A stretch of 64,000 bases of DNA from Octopus sinensis (lineage: Eukaryota): the NCBI RefSeq assembly GCF_006345805.1, contig NC_043017.1, positions 33,480,001 through 33,544,000 of the forward strand, in the 5' to 3' direction. The notes under the pieces were generated by a model. The model was not told the DNA's origin. It saw only the letters and a program-made list of their open reading frames with translations, and made no database searches. Each line of letters starts with the position of its first letter. Positions within the stretch are counted from its first letter, which is position 1. Below are positions 52,951 through 64,000 of this stretch, piece by piece. A program made the position numbers and the translations under genes.

Positions 52951-54050
52951 ATCCAAACAAGAAAACATAAAAAAAACAAAAAACACAACGCGAGGACGTG
53001 GAACAAATAAAGTATTATTGGACGCTCAGGAAAGAAGGGAAGAAGGAGCGTTTAACGTTTCGAGCGGAGTTCTTCGTCGGAAACATAGGAGAAGGAAAGA
53101 TCCCGAGAAGGGAAGACAGAGGAAAAAAAAACGCCAGCGGTACTCACGAGGTCACATATTGAAAGACCGGAAGTAGAAAGGTGGAAGAATAATGTTTTTT
53201 AAAGACAGGAGAGTTTTCAAAGACAGTATGGTAAAGACAAGGAAAGTGAGAGGGGGAATGTGTGTGGATGTGTGCGTGCGCGGAGGTCTGCGTGTGCGCG
53301 TGTATGTGTATGTGTGCAATGATGGCACGTGTGTGTGTGTGTGTGCGTGTGTGTGTATGTGTGTATGGCGAACAACTGGCTAGTAGCTGGCCAGTATGTA
53401 AGAATAAGGAGTGGTGTTTTTGTGTCCAGTCACAAGTCAAAAACAAAGAGGTATGTGTGTGTGCGTGTATGTATATGTATCGTGTGTGTGTTTTGTTTGT
53501 AGTGTGTGTGTGTATGTGTGTGTTCGTGTGTGTATGCGTAAAGTTTGGGTGTGTGGCGAGTAACTGTGCTTAACTTAGTGTATGTGTGCGTGTGTGCTTG
53601 TACGTGCGTGTGTGTGCATATATATGTATGTATAATTGTGTGGGTGTATGTATAATTGTGTGCCGTGTCTATGGGATGTATGTGTGGGTTCATTTGTGTG
53701 TGTGTGTGTGTGTATGTATGTACGTGTAGTTGTTTGTGCGTGTATGTGTGCGTTTGTATGTGTGTGTGTGTAAGCGTATATGGATGTATATGCGTGTATC
53801 CGTGGGGTAGTGAGTTTTGGGTGTGTGAGTGTGTGCGTGCGGATGTGTGCGCATGTTTTTGTGTGCGGATGTGTGCGCATGTTTTTGTGTGCGTATGTGT
53901 GTGTGTGTCTGTGCTTATATGTGTGTACGTACGTGTATGTGTGTGTATGCATATATGTGTACGTGTATGTATGTATGTGTATATATGTATATATATATAT
54001 GTGTGCGTGTATGTGTGTGTGTATATATGTACATATACACACGCACAATA
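52946..54050 (-). mobile_element. PLE-like 3' terminus (CA-rich UTR, HHR motif, T-rich tail abutting (TA)n)
   Basis: The minus-strand tail resembles 37130-37262 (GCTCGAAACGT..CTGAGCG..TAATAC). Confidence 0.55.
53050..53084 (-). ncRNA. Ultra-minimal hammerhead motif, degenerate
   Basis: GTTT CCGACGA A GAAC tcc GCTC GAAA CG TT AAAC: 4-bp stem I, GUU triplet; U4>C and one stem II mismatch. Confidence 0.5.
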
Positions 54051-54075
54051 TCTGTTTCAACACACGGTTTCCCAT

Positions 54076-54307
54076 TAAGGCGGCGAGCTGGCAGAAATGT
54101 TAGCACGCCGGGCGAAATGCTTAACGGTATTTCGTCTGCGTTACGTTGTGAGTTCAAATTCCGCCGAGGTCGACTTTGCTTTCATCCTTTCGGGGTCGAT
54201 AAATTAAGTACCAGTAACGCACTGGGGTCGATGTAATCGACTTTATACCTATGTCTGTCATTGTTTGTCCCCTCTGTGTTTAGCCCCTTGTGGGTAATAA
54301 AGAAATA
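54076..54307 (+). mobile_element. SINE-B monomer with 10-bp TSD
   Basis: GGTTTCCCAT at 54066-54075 and 54308-54317. Confidence 0.92.
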
Positions 54308-55200
54308 GGTTTCCCATCAAGAATCTTGCAACACAAATTCATAAACGTAATGATTACGTTCTGATTTCCTGAAAATTATAAAAAAAAAGGAAATTATGTA
54401 TATTCTTATATGTTTAAGACTGAAAAGAATATTTAATTGTGATATATTTTCCTGATTTTAAGTAAGTATTTTTACTATGATATTTCTTTCTCAGAATTAT
54501 GTGGTTTTAATTTGGATATATTGTTTCAGCAGACTTCTATAAGTGATTAATTTTCCTGCAACACTTCGTCACATCTTTCTTAATAGCGTATAACAAACCA
54601 AAGATACTGTTTCCATGAAATATTATATAAATATTAAAGGCCTCCTATTTCTGGATATACATACTTCACCATTATATCCAATAGATGTCCTATTACATGT
54701 ATACGTGTACGTGAGTGTGTGTGTAGTTGTGTGTGTGTTTGTGTGTAGGTGTGTGTGTGTGTGCATACATATTTATATATGAAAATGAATGTATCTTGTC
54801 ACAGCTAGGTTATACTTAAATGCATATCACGCGCTTGATTTTAAACACACACACAGACACACACACACACATTCCTGATCAAACTCATTTCAGTCTTAAT
54901 CTTTTGGATATAACTTTAAAAATCCAGTTGAATGTATTCTATTTTTATAGCAAACCAAAAATCTATCTTTTAAATATATATTAGAACTCAAACCAACTCG
55001 TATAACACCAGGGAAACGTGTACCTCACAATGCTCTTTTTCTCTCTTTATATCTACACACACACACGCCCACATTTCCTATATATGTGGCGTGGATGCCA
55101 CCAATTTCTAGATATATATTCTTCACTAGTACTGGACAAATAACTGGTTACATCTGTAGATATCTGTCACAAGTTTCCATCTCATTCGTATGTTGAACAT

Positions 55201-55610
55201 ATAGGCGAAGGATTGGTTGTGTGGTAACCAGCTTGCTTACCAACTACATGGTTCCGGGTTCAGTCCTACTGCGTGGCACCTTGGGCAAGTGTCTTCTACT
55301 ATAGCCTCGGGCCGACCAAAGCTTTGTAAGTGGATTTGGTAAACGGAAACTGAAAGAAGCCTGTCGTATATATGTATATGTGTGTGCATGTGTGTGCATG
55401 TGCGTGCATGTCTGTGTCTCTCCCCCCACCATCGCTTGACAACTGGTTTTGTCTTGTCTATGTCCCCATAACTTAGCGGTTCGGCAAAAGAAAACAATAG
55501 AATAAGTTATAGGCTTTCAAAGAATATGTCCTGGGGTCGATTTGTTTGACTAAAGGCGGTGCTCCAGCATAGCCGCATTCAAATGACTGAAACGAATAAA
55601 AGAATAAAAG
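55201..55610 (+). mobile_element. SINE-A, moderately diverged
   Basis: Consensus head, body and (AATAAAAG)n tail. Confidence 0.88.
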
Positions 55611-55715
55611 GATCAAAGAATAGCGGGACGACGCTGATTCTGGTGATCATGTTCTGACGAATGCTATTCCATGTATCATTGCCTTCTTTCTCGATAATTG
55701 CTTTTATGTTCTATT

Positions 55716-55754
<39 letters not shown>

Positions 55755-55958
55755 GGAAACCACTATGTGGAGACCCTTATGCTAGAAATAGATCTGCTAT
55801 GGTCTTACCACTAAGAAATGTTCACAAGAAACATTTAGCAAAATAACCAAAACGTAATCGAGCAAGACAAAAGAAAAAGCAATAAAAATATGGATTATTC
55901 GAATACATGTTTCACTATTAGTATATTGCGTAATTTTAAATTTAAATATATATATATA

Positions 55959-56002
<44 letters not shown>

Positions 56003-56432
56003 GGGTATCACGAAAGCCTACCTGGAGGTTCAACCGTCTGAGTTCTTTTACGGGCTAAGAAAAACTGAAGGACTGCTGCAGTAATGTGTGAACCTGAGAG
56101 GAGAACATGTTGAATAACATCATTATTTACTGATCCTCGTCTACTTTCTTTTACCCAAAGTCAGGAACTTTTCTGCACCACCACCCCTCGTAAATATGTG
56201 TGTGCCCGTGCGTGCGTGCATGCGTGCGTGTGTGTGTGTGTGTATGTGTGTGTGTGTTTGTGTGTGTGTATGTGTACTTTTAATCGTAAAATTAATTGTA
56301 GATAGTTAATACAAATATAAATTATAATACGGATTTTACTGTTTTACTGACCGTTACTATGCAGACATGAAGCAGAATATTATGCAAAAGACATCCAATT
56401 TAATAGAAATTATGAAATAAAAGATTGAATGT

Positions 56433-56485
<53 letters not shown>

Positions 56486-56544
56486 GTAAATATTGATTTC
56501 AAATTTTGGAAGAACGCAAGCAAATTTCTGTGATAAGTTCATTA

Positions 56545-56660
56545 TATCGATCCCAATGTTTCAACTGGTACTTATTTTATCGGGGATGATGGATAAAGTC
56601 GACCCTAGCGGAATTTAAACTGAAGGCATAAAGGAGTACTAAGGATTGTTGCCAGCTCAC
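56545..56660 (-). mobile_element. SINE-B fragment
   Basis: GTACTTATTTTATCGGGGATGATGGATAAAGTCGACCCTAGCGGAATTTAAAC. Confidence 0.55.
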
Positions 56661-58306
56661 CACCATTGTGAGTGTGTATGAAACATCAGTGCAATATTCA
56701 CTCACCTTTATGAGTGTGTATGAAATAGTGCACTGATGTTTATATGCGTAGGAAGATCCTAATATTGAATGATAGATGCGAGCATTTAAACTGAAATTGT
56801 AAAGGATTTTCAATTTAATTTATTGCCATTTAACAATAGATCACATATTTCATAAGCTTTCATTAAGACACACTTGTACTTACAGCTACTCAGTTTCCTT
56901 CACCTAACCTTCAGCAAAAAAAAAAAAAAACGGTAAATTTGCTAGTAATTTTGCTAGTAATCACCTTCTAATGGTGATTAACTTTTGAAATTTTTGACCT
57001 CCCTTATTTAAATCCATCTCAAAGAAAAATACTAATTTGTATCTCTTAGTTATCTGAAAGAAAACGCATTTTAAAAATAATTTAGTAAGATATCCATGCA
57101 TTTAAAGTAAAACCTGCCCCTATATATAACGCAACACCGCCAAAACATTCCTTCGTTTTCAAAGAAGCAGTCTCTGTTGCGTTGAGATTTCAATAATCGA
57201 TTCTCTGTCGCACTATATACATCAATTTTTGATCAAAACTATATTAAATTGGAAATATATTTCCAAAATTACAATTGGTTAAACTAGCATTCAGAAATAA
57301 TTTAGTTTTACAGTATTTATTCACATCGGAATTTTGAACAGCCAAATCAAAGTAGTTTAGATTATAATAATGGAATTGAATCGAAAAAATATAATCTTTC
57401 GACTAAAAAGAATAGAGGCTTTAGTCAATATGAATTATTTTTTTCTAGCACATTTATTATTTCATCGTATAAAAGTTTTCGCATATAGTTTCACACGTTT
57501 ATTATTCTTTGTAGAAAGCAATTTCATAGAATAATTTTTAATTTTCCAAGTGTCAAAGATTTTTTTCTATGTTCTATTTTCAGAAAAAAAAAAGAACGCC
57601 ACTCAGCTAATAATATTCCTTTGTTAATTTCTGCAATTTAACAACTGCATGCAATGCGATTCAATATTTTTCCAATGTGCAATTATATATAATTCTATGT
57701 TCCACTTATTCCAATCTACTCAAGATCGGAAACTAGAAATTAGGATAAGCGATTAATGAAGTTCCAACTACTATTAAAATGTTTTACACTATATAGAGTA
57801 TTTTTACTCCTTCCCCCAGTTTACATTCCTTGTACATACACATGGATATGTATGTGTGTATACATGAATACATACAATGCATATATATACATACATGCAA
57901 GCATACATACATGTATATATATGTTATTATATATATGTATATATATATATATATACGTAAATTTGTAGTATAAGAAATGGATACAGAGAATTGTGTGGGT
58001 ATCACAGAAAGCTCCTCTAACGGACACGGCTATCAGATCACATAGTAATGCAATACAGAGAAGTGTAAACCTGAGTGCCCATAGAGCTGAAATCCAAAAG
58101 ATTTGATCTATGAAATAATCTAAAATAGTATGAAACGTGTGTAAGCCATGCAAAGTCAGGAACTATGAAATAAGCATACATTTATTTAACCATTTTCCAT
58201 CCTTTTCGCAGCCATCTTTATGCAATAAACGATCATACACTGGTTGGTTTAATTTTCGTACAGCTGTTCGCCATACTGCCTGTGTTGTGTATATTAACAT
58301 GTTTAT

Positions 58307-58477
58307 AGGCACAGGAGTGGCTGTGTGGTAAGTAGCTTGCTTACCAACCACATGGTTCCGGTTCAGTCCCACTGCGTGGCATCTTGGGCAAGTGTCTTCT
58401 GCTATAGCCCCGGGCCGACCAATGCCTTGTGAGTGGATTTGGTAGACGGAAACTGAAAGAAGCCTGTCGTATATATG

Positions 58478-58539
<62 letters not shown>

Positions 58540-58746
58540 TGTGTCTGTGTTTGTCCCCCCTAGCATTGCTTGACAACCGATGCTGGTGTGTTTACGTCCC
58601 CGTCACTTAGCTGTTCGGCAAAAGAGACCGATAGAATAAGTACTGGGCTTACAAAGAATAAGTCCCGGGGTCGATTTGCTCGACTAAAGGCGGTGCTCCA
58701 GCATGGCCGCAGTCAAATGACTGAAACAAGTAAAAGAGTAAAAGAG
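58307..58746 (+). mobile_element. SINE-A, full length
   Basis: Consensus head, internal (TA)(TG) tract and tail. Confidence 0.92.
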
Positions 58747-58819
58747 TATATTAACAATACTGCATCAATTGAAAGTCTCCCCACATTTGCTTTCAATAAA
58801 AACATATCTTTTTCAAAGC

Positions 58820-59597
58820 GAAAAGTTGGTTGAGCCATTAATATTACGGGAAAAATTCTTGGCGGTATTTCATCCGTCTTCACGTTCTGAGTTCGAATTC
58901 CGCCGAGGTCGACTTTGCCTTTCATCCTTTCGGGGTCGATTAAATAAGTACCAGTTACGCACTGGAGTCGATATAATCGACTTAATCCGTTTGTCTGTCC
59001 TCGTTTGTCCCCTCTATGTTTAGCCCCTTGTGGGTAGTAAAGAAGTAGGTATTTCATCCGTCTACACGTTCTGAGTTCGAATTCCGCCGAGGTCGACTTT
59101 GCTTTTCATCCTTTAGGGGTCGATTAAATAAGTACCAGTTACGTACTGGGGTCAATATAATCGACTTAATCCGCTTGTCTGTCTTCGTTTGTCCTCTCTA
59201 TGTTTAGCCCCTTGTAGGTAGTAAAAAGTAGGTATTTCATCCGTCTTCACGTTCTGAGTTTGAATTCCACCGAGGTCGACTTCGCCTTTTATCCTTTCGG
59301 GGTCGATAAATTGAGTACCAGTTACGCACTGGGGTCGATGTAATCGACTTAATCCGTTTGTCTGTCCTCGTTTGTCCTCTCTATGTTTAGCCCCGTGTAG
59401 GTAGTAAAAAAGTAGGTATTTCATCCGTCTTCACGTTCTGAGTTCGAATTCCGCCGAGGTCGACTTCGCCTTTCATCCTTTCGGGGTCGATAAATTAAGT
59501 ACCAGTTACGCACTGGGGTCGATATAATCGACTTAATCCGTTTGTCAGTCCTTGTTTGTCCCATCTATGTTTAACCCCTTGTGGGTAATAAAGAAAC
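58820..59597 (+). mobile_element. SINE-B tetramer (decayed head plus four ~184-bp monomers)
   Basis: GGTATTTCATCCGTC starts at 58864, 59048, 59231 and 59415. Confidence 0.9.
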
Positions 59598-59799
59598 AAA
59601 ATTACGCTCGATATAGATGAACTAAGATCTACTCTATTAAGTTTATCCACGCAAACTCAAACACATATACACATGCTACTACAAAGACACACATATATAC
59701 ATACATTCATACATACATACAGACACACAGGCATACATAACTAAAGACACGTACACAGACGTCTCAAAAATAAATAGATACCCTTCATTATACCCGTTT

Positions 59800-59885
59800 T
59801 ATCGGGTCAGACATTACTCATTAGTACGATGCCCGAACGAGTTGAGTCATTAAAAGCTGCACCAGGCATGTCTACTAAATATGAA
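59800..59885 (+). mobile_element. Tc1 transposase C-terminal remnant
   Basis: ISTMPERVESLKAAPGMSTKY resembles the Tc1 end LVESMPRR..AVIKAKGG.TKY. Confidence 0.5.
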
Positions 59886-60140
59886 ATTAAGTAGTTAAAT
59901 GCATCAAATGGCTTTCTATTTTCTGGAAATAAATTTAGAAAGCAAAAGAAAAAAGGAAAAAAAAAAGCTGGTGTCTATTTACTTTTGATACGTCTGGGTG
60001 TATAGGTTGCATAGGTATTTATCCGTCAAGTTTTCTACACAAACCCACCATCAGCTATTTACACACACACTCTCACACACACGAACACACACACACACAC
60101 ACAGACAAACACACACACACACAACACACACACACACACA

Positions 60141-60185
<45 letters not shown>

Positions 60186-61371
60186 CACACTGAAATTTCA
60201 CATACCTAATAGAATATATCTGAGATTATATAGCTTATGTTAAGCACTGTAGTTCAATATGATTTCCATCTTCGCAGAAGGTCGCAAATTTGTAAGAATG
60301 GGCTATAATTGTTTATAATGGATAGATTTAAAATCATAGGAAAGCTCAAGAGTAATATTAAACAATTTGCGACAGCTTTGAAAAGCTACAGGAAATTGAA
60401 TTATAATAAAAATGCTATACTCTTTAAACTAAGTTATGTAAGCTATAATATACGCTATACTAATAAATTTTATTAGCTAAATTGATGAATAATAAATAAT
60501 ATGTTATATAATGTAAGTTATTTTTGTTACCTAGAGCTATAATGTGTAACGTGGAAATGACCAGACTTGCACACAAACAGCAGGAAATGACATTACGAAG
60601 ACACACATACACACGCACAGACACTCGCAAACACACATGCATATATAAGCACGCACACACACACACATACGGGCATACACACACACACAAAGACACATAT
60701 GCAAGCATACATTTTCTCTCTCCTTCCACCCTCTCTTTCTCTCCCTCTCTGTCTATGCCGTTCTCTCTCTCTCTCTGGAATAATATCCGATTTCTATTTC
60801 CCCGTCGTCGATCTGAGCACAATTCTCCACAGACTAACAAAAAGCACATTCGCTCTTGCTCTTCAGTTTAGCAGTGAATTAGCGCCTATCAACCAGTAAA
60901 AAACTATTACTAAGTCACAGAGCTAAGCAATTCGGTTAGGTAGTGATGCACTGAATAGAAGTTCACAAAAAATACCAAATTAAGTATAATTCGAGTCTCA
61001 GTTCGAGAAAGGAAACAAAACCCCAATGGCAATTTTTAGTAAGAAAGAATAATTTAATAACGAAATTTCATCGAAACAGTTTTTATTCCTAGGAGTGGGG
61101 TAGATCGTACCGTTTTAACATAGGCAAGTACAGAGATGTTTCAAAGTTATATTTTGCTACAATGTTACAAAGAGCATAAATAGAACGTGACAATTCACCT
61201 CAATCTAAATCAATCTCTAGTCAGGTTCTAAAGAACCATTTTAAGGATCTAATTAACCCCCGTATCATATGTTTCAGATCTATTTCAGATGCAGCGGTTT
61301 CCCAACAAAAAATAAGATTACCATAAGAGGGATGATGAGCAGGTCAATATCACAAATTATAGTTGCCAGCA

Positions 61372-61790
61372 TTGGAGCTTTTCGGTTTGAACGGCAGTTT
61401 TTAACATAATTTCTAGGTAACTAAAACATTTTAAACTTCGTATACTGGTAGAATGTGTTTATAAAACATCTTTTTCTCTTGGCTTTATTGAGAAAATTCT
61501 ATAGTTTGTAAGATTGTTGCTTTTTTTTTTTTCAATTTCTGCAATTTCAACCAATCAATGACGTCTATTGAGGTGAAAACATTATGTGCCGTTTGAATAT
61601 GTCCCACGTTTAAGAAACAGATTGGGTTTATCTACATTTGTGAAGAAAAAAAGATACCTTTCCCCCCACACCTAGCCCTAACCCTAAAACAGATTGAAAT
61701 GCAATAGATCGATACTAGGGTCATAATTATGGGTGACAATTTCATATGACACCGCTAGAAAAAACTGCCGTTCAAACCGAAAAGATCCCC
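61372..61790. mobile_element. MITE-like element, ~420 bp, ~25-bp TIRs
   Basis: CTTTTCGGTTTGAACGGCAGTTTTT and AAAAACTGCCGTTCAAACCGAAAAG; internal CCTAGCCCTAACCCTAA; TSD not resolved. Confidence 0.8.
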
Positions 61791-62109
61791 AGTAGTTACC
61801 AATAGTTACCAATAAGTTAGAGGAATAACAGTTGATCATTAAAAGAATTTGAGCTGCTTAGCAATATCAAAATGGCAGTAGCAAATTATGCAAAGGCGGC
61901 TGTGTCTATCAAGTTTCAGTGGACGCCACTCTGAACTGGAAGAATTCAAATCAGTCGTGCGGACACCACTTCATGCTGACCTAAGATAAGGAAAACGTCA
62001 TCACACATCAACAGCTTGATCTCAAACACTAGCCAGGAATGTATTCAGGAAAAAGAATTTACTCTTACCGGTTGAAGCAAGGAATAGTTATGTACGCTTT
62101 GAACACAAT

Positions 62110-62330
62110 TTCTATTGTGGTAGTTCCAGAACATTTTAGAGATTGAGCAATGTACGTATTTTCTTAGAGCATTGACTCTCAAGAACCTCTTTAAAATGAT
62201 GGTCCTCCTCTTCATACTTAATAGTTATCATCATCATTGTAATCCACTCATGCAGGGAAACACTAGGAGTGGTAGACTGGAACATTTTGATATCAATTAC
62301 TTTTGGGTTCAATCTGAGAAGACAAATTTC
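62110..62330 (-). mobile_element. Possible RTE RT C-terminal remnant
   Basis: IKMFQSTTPSVSL..HHFKEV..SKKIRT weakly resembles KLFQSTV.SVLLYG..DHVTNKE..SEKIRT. Confidence 0.3.
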
Positions 62331-62867
62331 CAATGATATTGGCCATTTCTAATCATCCTCCTCATGACCGTCTTCGTCGTAATCCTCATCATCATCATCA
62401 CCACCATCACAACCATGGAATAGCTGTACTATGTAATTCTCTAAGCGCTAGAAATAGTATCCAAATTCTCTTCAAAAGAACGCCTCCTATGTTAGAAAAC
62501 AAAAGAAATTTACTTGAATAGGTAGTCCAGATACATCGTTTGAAAATAAGATGTCATCAATATGGCTTTGATCACAGGTCTTCAACAGAATTGACATGAG
62601 AATAAAATGCTAACACAATTACCAGTCTCCTCCACATCTTATTGTTTTCTCCTCTTCCTCCACTTCTCGTCATAGTCATCATTATGTTTATTTTTACTTC
62701 AAGTGTTCATGCCAGATAAAGGAGTGTTTCTTTAAGTTTCATTTTGCTATATATATATATTTTTACATGTATTTTGTCTATTTTCATATTCTTTTCTCTA
62801 AACCACAATGGTTGTACATACATCTTTCAGGCTTCGGCGGTGGTTTCTTTTCGTTTGTTTGTTTTTT

Positions 62868-62868
62868 A

Positions 62869-62931
<63 letters not shown>

Positions 62932-63038
62932 GTTGTTGTTGTTGTTGTTATTATTATTATTTCAGTCATATTTCCACCCGGATCAAAGTTCAACGTTCGC
63001 TTCAAAGACGCTAGTAGGAATAACAGCAACAGTGGTGA

Positions 63039-63095
<57 letters not shown>

Positions 63096-63289
63096 AAGAG
63101 AAGAAGAAGAAGAAGAAGAAGAAGAAGAAGAAGAACACGAAAATTACCACCATCGCCACACAATATTAACATTAACAAAGAACAACAGCAATAACAAGAA
63201 CAATAATAAAAATAATAACGACTGTGATGATGATGATAATAATAAAAGTAAAATTCATAATAATAATAATTATAATGATGATAATAATG

Positions 63290-63320
<31 letters not shown>

Positions 63321-63470
63321 TGATGATGATAATGATAATAATAATAATAACAATAATAATAATAATGATAATAATAATAAATAATAATAATAACAACAAT
63401 AATAGTAATAATAATAATAGTAATAATAATAATGATAATAATAATAATAACAACAACAACTACAATAATA

Positions 63471-63519
<49 letters not shown>

Positions 63520-63547
63520 CAATAATAGTAATAATAATAATAACAAC

Positions 63548-63581
<34 letters not shown>

Positions 63582-63650
63582 GTAATAATAATAATAGTAA
63601 TAATAATAATAATAATAGTAATAATAATAATGATAATAATAATAATCTAT
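62868..63650. repeat. Compound trinucleotide tracts (ATT, GTT, AGT, AGA, AAT/AAC/GAT)
   Basis: Direct reading. Confidence 0.95.
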
Positions 63651-64000
63651 AATGACGAAGGAAAGAAAAATATTCATCATTTTCTAAAATTCTCTTTAAT
63701 CTTTTACTACCGTCTCAAACAAAATTTCTAATTCAATGATGAAACTAATCACTTAAATACTCCTTAATACTTCTGATAAAAAAAAAGAAAAGACAGTTTT
63801 CTGTGTTTCTTACTTTTCTTTACACCTTTCTCTTTCTAACTGAAAAACAAAACTAAAAAATGTGAAGTAGTAACAAAAAAAATGTTGAATAAAAAAATAC
63901 TTTTTTTAATTAAATTCAGTTAATAATTAATAGATTTTTCAAAGAACTGCTTCAAAATTTTTAATTATATAAATTACAAAAAGAGCATAAAAGAAGGGAA

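Noticed and set aside
55745-55940. About 200-bp segment between (TA)n tracts with GAAACATGTA on the minus strand
   Set aside because: Possibly a PLE tail, but no CTGANGA core.
58864-59597. Regularly spaced repeats superficially like a CRISPR array
   Set aside because: The entire 184-bp unit repeats, with no unique spacers; SINE-derived, eukaryotic context.
62767-63384. 205-aa ORF with poly-I/S/E/N runs
   Set aside because: Concatenated trinucleotide microsatellites, open in multiple frames and on both strands.

Overview
AT-rich eukaryotic DNA made almost entirely of repeats. I found no host protein-coding exon I can support; the supplied ORFs are microsatellite or SINE read-throughs or decayed transposon frames. 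The SINE families and microsatellite load match what I recall of Octopus (coleoid cephalopod) genomes; this is recognition, not a database result. Contents: three tRNA-derived SINE families (here SINE-A, SINE-B, SINE-C), with SINE-B forming head-plus-184-bp-monomer arrays; decayed Tigger/pogo, Tc1, Gypsy, Helitron and RTE remnants; a hAT-Charlie MITE with a nested non-autonomous Helitron; a mariner MITE; and many Penelope-like element (PLE) fragments. The most interesting region is 37-46.3 kb. There a PLE flanked by ~434-bp direct repeats is interrupted by a 1.24-kb inverted repeat. Each arm carries a minimal hammerhead ribozyme (HHR) motif, and the hairpin-rich core shows strongly A>G/T>C-biased divergence. 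That core is either a retrocopied ADAR-hyperedited or snap-back product, or a long-read fold-back artefact; raw reads are needed to decide. All alignments, translations and counts were done by eye, so boundaries of decayed elements are approximate.
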